A stretch of 64,000 nucleotides of DNA from the human T2T-CHM13v2.0 reference genome, Homo sapiens (GCF_009914755.1 NC_060941.1); one strand, 5' to 3'; counted from the stretch's first letter, positions 18,752 through 34,317 are shown. A program made the numbers and translations. Notes: generated from the sequence alone by a model not told the origin.

Positions 18752-19106
<355 letters not shown>

Positions 19107-20055
19107 ATTTCCTCTTCTGGAGGCTAGGAAGTTCAAGATCAAGGTGGTAGCAAGGTAGGTTTCATTCTGACGACTCATCTTTTGGCTTGTAGTTATCCAC
19201 CATTTCACTGTGTACTCACATGACCTCTTGTTTGTGTGATGGATAGATAGAGAGTAAGAAGTCTCTGTGTCTCTTTTTATAAAGACATTAATTCTATTGA
19301 ATAAGGGACCCACCCTATGACTTCATATAACCTTAATTACTTCCTTAGAAGGCCCATCTACAAATAAAGTCACATCGTGGGTTGGGGCCTCAACATATAA
19401 ATTTGGGGGGCACACAATTTAGTCCACAGCAAACATTATATATCTTCCATTTATTTAAGTCTTCTTTGAGCTCTCTCAACAATTTTTTAAAATTTTTCAG
19501 AGTCTTATCCATCTTCTGTCATCTTTTGTATTAAATGTTTTCTATGTCATTAAAGATGATGTTTTTAAAGATTTGAATTTCCAATTGTTTGCTGCTAATA
19601 TATAGAAATTCAGTTTAGTTTTGTACATAATAGGCTTTCTATCCTGAAACCTTGCTCAACACACATATTAGTTCTAGCAGTTTTCTTTAGAACTTTTTAC
19701 ATAGAAAAATCATGTCATCTGTGAACAAAGATGGTTTTACTTCTCCCTTTCCATCTGCATGCTTATGGGGTTTTTTGTCTGTTTTGCTTTATTGCAACTG
19801 CTAAAACCTACAGTACAATGTTGAATATATATGATAAAAGCATTCATCTTTGCCTTTTCCCAATCTTACTTGGAAAGTATTTAATATTTCATCATTAGGT
19901 GATGTTAGCTGTAGGTTTTCTTAGGTACTTTTTATCAGATTGAGGAAGTTTCCTTATTATAAATAAGCAAATGTCAAATACATTTTTGCTTCTATTATGA
20001 TGACCCTATAGGTTTTTCTCCTTTACTCTGTTAAAAAGGCAAAATATATTAATTT

Positions 20056-20359
20056 TTTGTTGTTGTTGTTGTTTGTTTTTTGTTTTGAAACGGAGTCTCA
20101 CTCTGTAACCCAAGCTGGAGTGCAGTGGCATGATCTCGGCTCACGCAACCTCCACCTCTTGGGTTCAAGCGATTCTCCCTGCCTCAGCCTCCCAAGCAGC
20201 TTGGATTACACGTGCCTGCTATGACGCCTGGCTAATTTTATGTGTGTATTTTTAGCAAAGACAGGGTTTCGCCATGTTGGCCAGGCTAGTATTGAACTCC
20301 TGACCTCAGGTGATCTGCCCAAAGTGCTGGGATAACAGGCATGAGCCCCACACCTGGCC
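20056..20359 (-). mobile_element. AluS
   Basis: Antisense Alu with (GTT)n-type tail. Confidence 0.88.
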
Positions 20360-20511
20360 TCATTGGTTTTCAAATATTAAACCAACGATGAATTCCTAGA
20401 TAAAATCTACTAGGTCATGATGCATTATCCCTTTTATATACTTCTGGATTTGATTTCATAATATTTTGTTAAGAATTTTTACATTTATGTTCATGAGGAG
20501 TGTTGTTCTAT

Positions 20512-20895
20512 ACAATTCACTCTTGAACAATGTAGGGTTTAGGAGCACTGATACAAGCACACAGTTTAAAAATCTGTGTATAACTTTTGACTCCCCCAGT
20601 CAGAACTTAATTACTAATAGCCTACTCTTGACTAGAAGCCTTACCATTAACATGAACAATCAACACATATTTTGTGTGTTATACGTATACTGTAGTCTTA
20701 CCATGACATAAGCTAGAGAAAAGAAAATGTTAAAAACAAAATAAAGACAAGAAAATATACTTGCTATTCATTAAGTGGAAGCGGATCATCCTAAAGGTCT
20801 TCATCCTTGTCATCTTCACATTGAGTAGGCTGAGGAGGAGGAGTAAGAGGAGGTATTGGTCGTGCTGTCCCAGGGGTGGCAGAGGTAGAAGAGGT
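20512..20895. mobile_element. Tigger2-family DNA transposon fragment
   Basis: cttgaacaa...aacttttgactcccc...aagctagagaaaagaaaatgtt...cattaagtggaagcggatcatc...gagtaggctgaggagg. Confidence 0.75.
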
Positions 20896-20913
20896 TCTAC
20901 AAATGTCAACTAG

Positions 20914-21271
<358 letters not shown>

Positions 21272-21637
21272 TTCTGTTAATTATTGATCATTGCTCTATA
21301 ATTTTTGCTTCATGCATTTTGAAGCTCTGTTAATAAATGCATTCAGATTTAGAATTATGTCTTTTGTTTTTAGCTGTATTTTCCCCATATAGCAAAACAA
21401 AAAACAACCAAAAAAAACTGCTACTTGGTTTCTTCACAATTTATAATTTTTAAAAATATATAAATAGAAGTGAGCAAAACGAGAGAGCAAAAATGAATTA
21501 TATTCCACTTATAGAATCACACCATTTTAGAATATGTCTTTGAAAATGTTTTCCATGCATATTGCGATGGCCTTTTATAACCAAATAATTATGAACATTT
21601 TTCCATGTCATTATTCTTTGACATTATTTTTAGCAGC

Positions 21638-23029
21638 TGATATGGTTTGGATCTGTGTCCCAGCCCAAATCTCACATTGAAATGTAATCCCCAGCGCCGG
21701 AGGTGGGGCCTGGTGTGAGGTGATTGGATCACAGAGACAGTTTCTCATGAATGGTTTAGCACCATCCCCCTTGGTGTTGTCATCACGATAATGAGTTCTG
21801 ATGAGATCTGCTAGTTTAAAAGTGTGTAGCACCTTCTCTCTCTCTCTCTCTACCTATCTCTTCCCCCTGCTCTGGCAATGTGAAGTGCCTCCCTCCCTCT
21901 TTACCTTCTGCCATGATAGGAAGCTTCCTGAGGCCTCCCCAGAAGCAGAAGCCACTATGTTTTCTGTACAGCCTGCAGAACCATGAGACAATTAAACCTC
22001 TTTTCTCTATATATTATCTAGTCTCAGGTATTTCTTTACAGCAGTGCAAGAATGGACTAATATAGAAAGTTGGTACTGAGGAGTGGGGCATTGCTATAAA
22101 AATATCTGAAAATGTGGAAGCAGGTTTGGAACTGGGCAACAGGCAGAGGTTTGAAGAGTGCAAGGGGCAGAAAAGAAGGAAGATAAGGGAAAGTTTGGAA
22201 CTTCCTAGAGATTTGTTGAGTGGCTTTGACCAAAATGCTGATAGTGATATGGAAAATGAAGTCCAGGCTAAGGAGGTCTCAGATGGAAATGAGGAACTTA
22301 TTGGGAACTGGAGTAAAGGTTACTTTTGCTATGCTTTAGCAAAAAGCCTAGCTACATTGCGCCCCTGCTTTAGGAATCCATGGAACTTTGAACTTGAGAG
22401 TGATGATTTACCATACCTAAGCAGCAAAGCATTCAAGATGTGGAAGAGGTGACCTGGCTGCCTCCAACAGCCTATGCTCATATGCATGAACAAAGAAATA
22501 ACCTAAAACAGGAACTTATATTTAAAAAGAAAAGCAGAGCATAAAAGTTTGAAAAATCTGCAACCTGGCCATGTGGTAGAAAAGAAAATTCCATTTTCAG
22601 GGGAGGAATTCAAGCAGGCTGCAGAAATTTGCAAAAGTAAAAAGAAGGAGTCAACTGTGAACAGCCAAGACAATGGGGAAAAGGACTGGAAGGCATTTCA
22701 GAGGCCTTCCTGGAAGCCCCACCCATCACAGGCCCTGAGGCCTAGAAGGACCGAATGGTGATAGTGATTTCTCATGAGATCTGGTTGTTTACAAGTGTGT
22801 AGTACCTCCTTACTCTCTCTTTTCCTCCTGCTCCAGCAATGTGAAATGCCAGCTCCCCCTTCACCTTCTGCCATGATTGTAAGTTTCCTGAGGCCTCCCC
22901 AGAAGCTAAGCAGATGCTGCCATGCCTTCTATATAGCCTGCAGAGCTGTGAGCCAATTAAACCTCTTTTCTCTATAAATTACCCAGTCTCAGGTATTTCT
23001 TTATAGCAGTGCAAGAACAGACTAATGCA
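21638..23029 (+). mobile_element. MST (MaLR) provirus remnant: 5'LTR 21638-22064, internal part to ~22757, 5'-truncated 3'LTR to 23029
   Basis: tgatatggtttggatctgtgtccc LTR start; MaLR internal gaaagttggtactgaggagtgggg; repeated LTR 3' half; TSD gcagc/gtggc. Confidence 0.88.
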
Positions 23030-23504
23030 GTGGCTATATAATATTCCATTATGTGGATGATCATAATGAAATTAACTTCACATTACATTTACATTTATTT
23101 CTTTAATGTTAATCTTACAGTTATTCATTAATTGGAATCTTCCTTTCAACTCTTTTGTCATTTGTTCCATTACCTTTCCTCTCAGTTTAGGAGAATCCAC
23201 AGATATACTTGGCAAGAGCTCTCCATCTGCTCTAAGATGTAGATATAAATATTTCACAATACAAGCCCCAGGTGGAGTCCTGTGTTCAACTTCTAGAGCT
23301 ATCTACCCAATCAACAGCCATTCCTTCCATATTCTTCAGAAATATTCTCTCAACCAATTCTGTATCTGCCTACGTACACTGTTATCTTTCTTCTAAAACA
23401 TGGTTCTGAATACTGTGTTGTGGGAAGCTAAGTAATTTCACTGATTTTTTGTTGTTAAGGTAGAGACCTTGGAAAGTCATTTATGTACCATATTTGGCAC
23501 CTAT

Positions 23505-23951
23505 AGTAGACTCTATTGAAGCCCTCCTAGATCCCCTGAAATCCCTATCACCAGCTCCACATGCCCACTCTCCACCTCTGTGTTTTTTGTTGCTAACAGC
23601 TTGCACTGATGACTTTCAGAAGACTGACTGGGGGCACCAAAGCTGCTTCCCTCTGAAAATTTTACACTTTATCCTGGGAAACCTATAAGCAATAACTGAC
23701 TAATTTGAGAGTATAAAGCCCAGCTCCTTTGATTCAAGGTGGTAAATGCTGGGGTGTAATTCACCCCAGAACTCCTCATGGGATCAGGCTGAGTCTGGGA
23801 TCTGATATCCAATCTTTGCCTGGATTCTTTCCTTTCCCTATCCTGTTTCTCCCATCCTACAGATTTCTCCTGAGAGCAGTTCCTTTATAAATCACCTACA
23901 CCAGACTCCTCAGCCCAGGCTTTTCTTTTGGTAGCAACTAACCTTAAGACA
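23505..23951 (+). mobile_element. LTR16-like (ERVL) solo LTR
   Basis: agatcccctg...ccagaactcctcatgggatcaggctgag...aaatcacct...aaccttaagaca. Confidence 0.55.
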
Positions 23952-24915
23952 GCATCCAGATAACGTCCAAAGCATCACTCAAAGTAGATTCCTTCCCAGG
24001 CCCCACTCACACTCTTACTACCCAACACCTTCCAAATCCAAAAGCACTGCTGTGCTGAACTGTAAAACCACTTGACATCTGAATATCTATGCTTGCATTC
24101 AAAGAATAATGAGGGTTTTTATTCACTTTGCAAAAGAATTCACAACAAGGCTCCCAATGTAGGGAACTCTAGCGTATGTTTAAAGTAACATCACAAAATT
24201 TTACCCCAAAGAATGACATAGGGTAACTTTCCAGAAATGACACATCCCATACAAGGCAGTGCCCCATATACCAACCCAATCACTGAGACTTTGAAATTTT
24301 TCTCTGTGAAAGTGGCTTTCTCCTGGGGCCTCCTGGTAAGTTTCTGACTCTTTTCCTCAGCTCCCTCCCTCATACCCTGAAGGGAGTTGCCATGGTGACT
24401 GTGGGACTGTGACCTCCAGGGTAGCTCAGGCTCAGAAGAAAGGGTTTCCCCAGGGTGGCTGAGAAGCAAGGAGCAGAGACACAAATGGCATTCTCTTCAG
24501 TCAGTGGGCAAATGTTTAACGAGTTTATGTCGAGGCGTGTGTTGGGAAAGTGCTGGACCATCTTCAGATGCAGCACAGGTGACTCTGGGCCCACTCTGCT
24601 ACTCATGGGTAGAGGTGTTAACAATACACTCGCCCTGATCCTGATTCAGACAGATGCCTGCAGCAAAAGAAAGTCACTCTCAGGGAGGCAGTTGGGACTA
24701 ACTGGCTCTAATTCATTATTGGAGCTCACTGATATCAAGAGAAGGTCAAACTACATATGTAAATGAGGCTGTTTTTATCCCAGGATCTAAACCCACTTAA
24801 CCAAGAAAATGCAAACTACCTCACTTTTGTTGAATTAGCTCATTTGAATAGTTGAATAGGAGAGAAGCCAGGGAGGGGCAAATGGCCCTGAACTCAGGAA
24901 CTTGCCCACCCCTGA

Positions 24916-25572
<657 letters not shown>

Positions 25573-25594
25573 AATATTTGTCATTACAAATTAA

Positions 25595-25733
25595 TTTTTT
25601 AGCAATAGGGTCTCATGCTGTCACCCAGGCTGGAGTGCAGTGGTGCAATCATGGCTCACTGTAACCTTGAACTCCTGGGTTCAAACTCCTTCTGCCTTAC
25701 CTTCCCAAAGTACTGAGCTACTGCACCTGGCCC
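25595..25733 (-). mobile_element. Alu monomer (FLAM/AluJ-like)
   Basis: Single-arm Alu sequence. Confidence 0.7.
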
Positions 25734-26182
25734 AATGCAGACTTCTAAAGTTAAAGTCTTCCCTTCCTTAGCTCCCACTGCTGTCACTTCAGGTAATGAC
25801 TGTTAACATCCTAGAGTATGCAGCCTTCTGTATCTTTCTCTGAGATCATTTAATAGTATACAACCATTCCCCATATATCTCTCCCTCCCCCCTCACACAC
25901 TATGACACTGTCCTTGCTGATTGCTTTTTGCTTTTGCTGCTTAACATTATATCATGGTACCATGGGGATTCCTCCAGGTCAACATGTATGGGTTTAATGC
26001 ACTCTTTAATATTTCTATAATATTCTATAATATTTAAGTACTATAATTTACCTAACATTCCCCTATTAATGGAAATTCAGATTCTATCCAGCTTTTGCTA
26101 CTAGAAACAACCTTGCAATAAATATTATATGTATATATCTCCTTAAAATACATTCTCATATTGGGATTGCTGTGTCAAAGGA

Positions 26183-26480
26183 TTTTTTTTTTTTTTTTAG
26201 ATAAGGGGAGTCTCACTCCATTGCCCAGGCTGGAGTGCAGTGGCATGATCAGAGCTCACTGTAACCATAAACTCCTGGATTCAAGTGATCCTCCCACCCC
26301 AACCTCCCAAGTAACTAGATCTATAGGCACACATCACCAAGCCTGACTAATTTAATTTTTTTTTTTTTTTTTGTAGAGATGAGGTCTCTCTATGTTGTCC
26401 AGTCTGGTCTCAAACTCCTGGCCTGAAGCAATCCTCCAACTTCAGCCTCCCAAGTAGCTAGAACTACAGATGTATGCCAA
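26183..26480 (-). mobile_element. AluJ within old minus-strand L1 (~25950-27150)
   Basis: Divergent dimeric Alu. Confidence 0.82.
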
Positions 26481-26626
26481 CAGCTAGGATGTGTTCATTT
26501 TTAATTCTAATACTCACTTTGAGATTGCTTTCTTAAAAGGGTTTAGCAATTCATATATCCATTAACAATGTATGAGAGTCCCTGTTTACTCACACTGTTG
26601 ACAACATTGGATGTTATCAATCTTTA

Positions 26627-27085
<459 letters not shown>

Positions 27086-28094
27086 TTAAAAGCTTTGTCT
27101 TTTTTTCTTATCAGGTTACATATTAGGAATGTTGTTTCTTGTCTGTTGTGTGTATTATCATTAGTCTTTTGACTCAGAGTGACTTGATGATTTTTGTCCC
27201 TTCCTTCTCAGCTTCACTCGTGAATGTCAACTTTCACCATTTTTTCTAACTTAACAGTCAAAGATATGGGACTGGGAAGAGGCAGACCATGACCATAGAA
27301 CAGAGAGGAGGCTGAAGTCATAAGAGAAGAGTTTGCTCTAGGAGGCTGGGAAAACCAAGTTGGACAGCATTTGGCATCTATAATACTCTTTGTTCTGCTT
27401 TAAATGGTCCTCCTCTTATGGGAATAGAACCCTTCTCCCATATCCCTTTAGCCAGCTCACTCCTACTCATCCTTCAAAACCCAGCTCAAACATCACTGCC
27501 TCTGAAAAGCCTTCTCTGATCCACCCACAAGCTGACCTGGAGACCCCTCTGTGCATAATTCTATTCTAGCACTCGTCACATCACCCCCTGACCCATCAGT
27601 TTCTTGTCAGTCTCCCTTTCAGACTGAGTGCTCCTTTAGAGCAGGACACTCCCTGAAGCACAGTTCCACCCTCAGGATCTAGCCCCTCTGAGAGTATTCA
27701 AAAAAGGATTTGAACAAATTTAGCAAATTGTTCTTCAGCAGCACTGTGCCAGGTGCTGTGGAGGTGACAGATGGATTATAGCACATGACCCCTGATCTCA
27801 GAGAGATCAAAAACTAGCTGAGACATAAGAACGCACTAACATTGAAACAACAGCCTGTGAAAGCAATTACATTTAAGTAGACTATTATGTCATTGAGAAT
27901 GCATGTGTTCCAGAAGGCCTGGGCTGCATGTGAGGGGGGCACAGGAAAGAATCAGGGAGAATGTGGGACTTGATTTGGGTCTTGGTTGTGGGCGAAGTCT
28001 GGATGTGGGACTTAAGGGTGGGTGGGATTTGGACAGAGGGTAAGAGGAAGTGAGGGCAGCTGGTAAGAGGGCAATGGGCAAAAGTATGGCTGTT

Positions 28095-28223
28095 ATTTTT
28101 AAAGACAGGGTCTTGCTCCATCACCCAGGCTGGAGTGCAATGGCACAATCATGGTTCGCTGGAATCTCAAACTCCTGGGCTCAAAGTGATCCTCCTGTGT
28201 CAGCCTCCCCCGTAGCCAGGATT
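28095..28223 (-). mobile_element. Truncated AluJ right arm
   Basis: agacagggtcttgctc...cagcctcccccgtagccaggatt, then the Alu match stops abruptly. Confidence 0.8.
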
Positions 28224-28729
28224 CTTCAATACCTCCATAATATTCTATAATATTTAAGTACTAGAAACAGTGGAGGGACTGAAGTGACCAGAGCAGAGAG
28301 TTTGTGCTGGGAAGAGGAGGAAAACTGAGTTGGACAGCATCTAGCCTCCCGGCAAGGAATTTCTGAATTATGGATAAATATGCATATTGCCTCCCAGATT
28401 CCAAGAGCTGATTATGGCACTCTGCCATGTACGCTGAAGATGTGTTCATGTGTTTCTCCCACTCAACTGTGGGCTTCTGGTCAGTCTGGAGTGTAACTGG
28501 CAGAATAATGCCCCTCTCCCCCTACCCACCCCCACACACAAAGATGTCCACAGCCTAATCCCTGGAACCTGTCAATACGTTTTGTTACATGGCAAAAAGG
28601 AATTAAGCTAGCAGCTGGACTTAAGGTCACTAACCAACTGACTTTAAAACAGGGAGATGATCTGGATTATTGGCGTGAGCCCAATGTAATCACATGGATC
28701 CTTCAAAGTGGAACAGAAGCAGAGAGTCA

Positions 28730-29230
<501 letters not shown>

Positions 29231-29297
29231 TTAGCCCAGGAGACCCATTTCGGACTTCCAACCCAGAAAACCATAAGACAATTAGTATTGTTTAAGG

Positions 29298-29642
29298 TAG
29301 GGAGGCCCCGACCCCCAGGCAGTGGACCGGTACCAGTCAGTGGCCTGTTAGGAACCGGGCCACACAGCAAGAGGTGAGTGGCAGGCGAGCAAGCATTACT
29401 GCCCAAGCTCTGCCTCCTGTCAGATCAGCGGTGGCATTAGATTCTCATAGGAGAGTGAACTCTATTGTGAACTGCGCATACGACGGATTTAGGTTGCACA
29501 CGCTTTGTGAGAATCTAATGCTTGATGATCTGAGGTGGAACAGTTTCATCCACAAACCATCTCCCCCCACCCCATCCCCATCCATGGAAAAACTATCTTC
29601 CACAAAACCAGTCCCTGGTGGCACAAAGGTTGGGGACCACTG
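29298..29642 (+). mobile_element. MER1B-like hAT-Charlie MITE
   Basis: ggaccggtaccagtcagtggcctgttaggaaccgggcc...aaggttggggaccactg; 8-bp TSD gtttaagg/gtttaaag. Confidence 0.85.
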
Positions 29643-29816
29643 GTTTAAAGCACTAAATGGAAGGTAATTTGTTACAACAGCAATGGGAAACTAATATAGG
29701 AGGGACCTATATGTGCATACGTCTCATCTGTATTTACATACATGCATAACTTGGCTCCAGTAAATTGAAGTGTTCAGAAATGATTACTTAATGAAATTAC
29801 ATAAAGAATTCCTTTC

Positions 29817-30114
29817 GGTCAGGCGCGGTGGCTTATGCCTGTAATCCCAGTACTTTGGGAGGCTGAGGCAGGAGGATTGCTTGAGCCCAGGAGTAACAAG
29901 ACCAGCTTGGGCAACATAGCAAGACTTTATCTCTATTAAAAATAAAAAAAATTTAGTCAGACATCGTGGTGCATGCCTGTGGTCCCAGCTACATGAGAGG
30001 CTGAGGCAGGAGGATTTCTTGAGCCCAGGAGGTTGAGGGCTGCAGTGAGCCATGATCATGCCACTGCATTTCAGCCTGAGTGACAGAGGGAAGAGACCGT
30101 GCCTCAAAAATAAA
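29817..30114 (+). mobile_element. AluJ (5' part of Alu-L1 chimera)
   Basis: ggaggattgcttgagcccaggag J diagnostics; very short tail. Confidence 0.9.
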
Positions 30115-30115
30115 T

Positions 30116-30595
30116 TATTTTCATCACAGTATTATTTACAGTAGCAAAGACATGGAATCAACCTAGGTGTCCATCGATGGTGGGTTGGACAAAGAAAATG
30201 GTGTACACATACACCAAGAAATACTATGAATCACTAAAAGGGAATGAAATCATGCTCTTTGCAACAACATGGATGCAGCTGGAGGCCATTAGCCTAAACC
30301 AATTAACGCAGGAACAGAAAACCAAATACCATGTGTCCTCACTTATAAGTGGGAGCTAACCCTTGGGTATTCACGGACATAAAGATGATAACAATAGACA
30401 CGGGACTATACTAGAGTGGGGAGAGAGGGAGGCAGGCAAGGGCTGAAAAACTAACTCTTGCGTTCAATGCCCACTACCTGAGTGACAGGAATCAATCATA
30501 CCCAAATCTCCACATCACACAATATGCCCAGGTAACAAACCTGCACCTGTATCTCCTTAATATAAAACAAAAGTTGAAATTATTTTTTAAAAAAA
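30116..30595 (+). mobile_element. L1 3' end (L1PB-like), 5'-truncated
   Basis: gcaaagacatggaatcaacctaggtgtccatc...ctcacttataagtgggagct...gtaacaaacctgcac. Confidence 0.88.
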
Positions 30596-30737
30596 GAATT
30601 CCTCTTGTTTCAACATCTCTCCCAGAAAACAAAAACCGAACTCCATCCATATACCCATTGCTTGTAGCCGTGTGCTTCAAGTCAGTTTGCTCTTTAGCAC
30701 AGACTTTGATTTTGCTATTATAAATAACACTATAGCC

Positions 30738-31042
30738 AGCCAGGTGCAGTGACTCACACCTGTAATCCCAGCACTTTGGGAGGCTGAAGCGGTGGATCTC
30801 TTGAGGTCGGGAGTTTGAGACCAGCCTGGCCAACATGGGGAAACCCCGTCTCTACTAACAGTACAAAAAAATTAGCCAGGCACAGTGGTGGGCGCCTGTA
30901 ATCCCAGTTACTCAGGAGTCTGAGGCAGGAGAATCACTTGAACCTTGGGAGGTGGAGGTTGCAGTGAGCTGAGATCACGCCACTGCACTCCAGCCTGGGC
31001 AACACAGTGAGACACCATTTCAAAAATAAATAAATAAATAAA
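30738..31042 (+). mobile_element. AluS
   Basis: Full Alu. Confidence 0.9.
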
Positions 31043-32179
31043 ACTAGAGCAAGCATCTTTCTTCTGTTTTTGATGAAATTTGTTTATCCTAAATGAAATT
31101 AATGAGTCAAAAATGACGCACATTTTGTGTGGCTCTTCACTCATTTAGCCAGCTTACTTTCCACAGAGTTTGCACTAATCTACACACTCACTCACAACGT
31201 GGGAGAGCACCACCCTCTGCCACAACTGGGCCCGGCAGGGGACACATGCACAGTCCCCTCCTTGCACATTCAACTTTTTCCTGCTCCAATATCGACTGCA
31301 TAACTTCAGGCTCAAGTGGGGCCCTCCACAGTAAGCAGAGATCCTAAACACTGCGTTGTGGTAGAAAAAGTGATTTCTCTGTAGCCACAAGGAACATTCT
31401 TTAGGGATAATGCTGGTCCAGGAGGGAGGAGTCTGAACATCCCTAGTTTATTTTATCAGCAATTGCAATGAGAGGGTTTTGTTTGTTTGTTTGTTTGTTT
31501 GTTGGAGTTGCAAGAGATGATCTGCCTGTTCAGGGAGCTGGTCATCTTCCACTGCCCTCAAATAGAAAGCCTGGAAATTGTACCTGACTGACCCAAAAGA
31601 AAAAGCTGGTTTATTTAAAAGTCTGGTTCCTTTATCCCCTTTGCAATACAGTGGTAGGTTTTTGGTTTGTTTTGTTGGTGGTGTTTTTGTTTGTTATTTT
31701 GTTTGTGTTTTTAACGAGTTCTTTGGTGACTATGCTAAAAAGACCATCATGGAAGCAAGAACATCAATAATTTTTTCACCCACTTCCAGCCCCCAGGACA
31801 GAGACAGACCTGGAGGCTTCATCGTCCCTTAGGACTGACTATCTTCCTTGCTTCAGGGAAGAAAAAAATCGTATGACAATGTTGCTTGCCTTGGCTTGCC
31901 TGTGGGTGTGGGGGATACAGTCCAGGCACGGAGAGGCACCCGAGTAGGAGCAGGATAAAAGGGCCTCCCAGAGATTTAGGCTCAGAGACTCCAGGGAGAT
32001 TGGGCAGTCGCTGTCCCAGACGCTATCATGAGCTCTCAGCCTGATGCTTCCATGTGAAATGGGGCCAATCAGATCTAGCCCTAGGACGACAGTCCCCCCC
32101 TGCACCCAGAGGCACAGTCTGGGACTCTGGCAGGCCTAAAGTAACTAGGTTTTGCCTGCACATGTTTGATCCAAAGAGT

Positions 32180-32880
32180 GGAAAAAGCCTTTGGACTCCG
32201 GAGGTCTTCACTGGGGTCCTGGCCGCTCTCCAGACTTTCCTCGTGACCGGGGGCCTTCGGTTCCCTGGGCCTCGGGTTCTCTCTCTGTGAAGTGGCCAAA
32301 CAATCCTGCCTCCCAGGGAGCGAGCACGCGGCTTGTCCGGGGAGAAAAGAGCAACAAATATTTATAAATCCATCACTGAGGTGGCGCTGAAACAGCTGAC
32401 GGAGCGAAGCCTGACCCAGTCGGGTCCCGGGCCCTCCACGGGGGGTCTGCGTCCTCCCGCTGCCTCCCACCCACCCCTGACAGGGCGGGGCAGACCTCTC
32501 GGGCAACTTCCCAGACTATGAATTTCCTTTGGCACTTTGAGGCTCCCCCAGGAGGATTCATGAGACCGCAGCAGGAAATGAGGAACATATTTTTAAATCA
32601 GAAGGGGGAAGCAATGTCTTTCTGTCAGATAAGTGGCCTGGATCCAGGGCTGAGAGACTGTGGCGCATTTCTCCTCGCAGACAGCAGGTGCTCTTCGAGA
32701 TGTGGTTATGGCAACAAAATAAATGATGGATAATTGCTTTTGTGACAACTTGCCAATTAAATTAGACTCAGCAGAATAACATAATGACAATTTGTTATGC
32801 TCCGATGGGCACTAACATACCGATCATAATTAAATGCTATGACTGAAATAGAATACCGCTCAACGCAGGAATATACAACC
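32180..32880. promoter_or_regulatory. CpG-rich, repeat-free candidate enhancer/promoter
   Basis: Retained CpGs, GC box GGGCGGGG, TGATGGAT x2, TGACAG x2, TAATTA-rich block. Confidence 0.45.
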
Positions 32881-33104
32881 CCAATTCCCTCTCTGTGAAA
32901 CTTTATAGGTTGAGGCTTGATTTTAATTTCAGGAAGATAATGGCATTAGCTCATATCCGAGTGGGTTTGTGGAGAGGCCTGTGGTGAGGGGAGATGGGCC
33001 TGAGCAGGAAGGCGATGCCTGTAAGGAAACACCCGGGGGGCTGAACTCCAAGGTCAAGGGGAAGGGCTGAGGAGCCCTGTCGTGAAAATAGTGCTTGCTG
33101 GGCT

Positions 33105-33157
33105 GGGAAATGGAGGCAAAGGAGGAGCAGAGCAGGGAAATGGAGGCAAAGGAGGAG
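33105..33157 (+). repeat. Direct repeat GGGAAATGGAGGCAAAGGAGGAG x2 (30-bp period)
   Basis: Copies at 33105-33127 and 33135-33157. Confidence 0.85.
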
Positions 33158-33774
33158 GCCCTCGCCCATGGTCTGCAGTGACAGGGCCCGTGCTGTGAAC
33201 AACTCCAGGCCTCCACGCTGAATGTGTGGGGCATGTCCTTGAACAAGGAGCCCAGACTCACAGGTGATGTTAAAGAGGAGCTTAGGGGCGACTTGGTGCT
33301 AGGCATGTACAGCAAGTAGTAGAAGTGAGAAGTCCACTCAGTCTGCAGATGCCCTGCCTTCCCCTGCCCCTGGTGACAGCTGATTGGGCCAGGAGTGAAT
33401 AGCTGACCCAAGGTGGGCCAATCAAATTCTTCCTCTGGAAACTTTGCAGGTGAGCTACTGAGCTAATTCTATAAAACAGTCATACATGTACAGATTGATA
33501 TGTAAGCACTTCCCTATATTATAATATACATACAGGACACGCACATATAAAAGCTGCAACTCGACTGTCAAAAACTTGACCTAAACGTGATATTCTAGGT
33601 ATTGATTGTGTATTCAAGTTTTAATATATTTGTTGATGAATTCCCAAACCATTCCATAAAAGATTTGAGGTGGCTTTTGAAAAAATCAAGTAAGAATAAT
33701 TCTGTTTGCTGTTTTTAGAGTTTAAAAGGGGTTTCTATATAGACAAAAAGGATAGTTGGTGAGGTCTCTCTCTC

Positions 33775-34098
<324 letters not shown>

Positions 34099-34317
34099 TC
34101 TCACTTTCTTGCTTACAAATCTCAATTTTTTAAAAAACAAAGTAATGCAAAAATAAATTATATATTTAGTAATCTAAAGTGTTTAAAATAAAAACTCATG
34201 CTCCTCAATCCTACTCCCCAGTGATGATCACTGACATCAACTCGGTGTATATCCTCCGAGCCTTTCTTCTCTGCCTGAGCTATCCTTTAAATGTGAAAAT
34301 GGCTCCAAGGTTATTTA

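Noticed and set aside
22114-22452. 112-aa ORF in the MST internal region
   Set aside because: Residual MaLR internal frame broken by frameshifts and a deletion; no sign of domestication.
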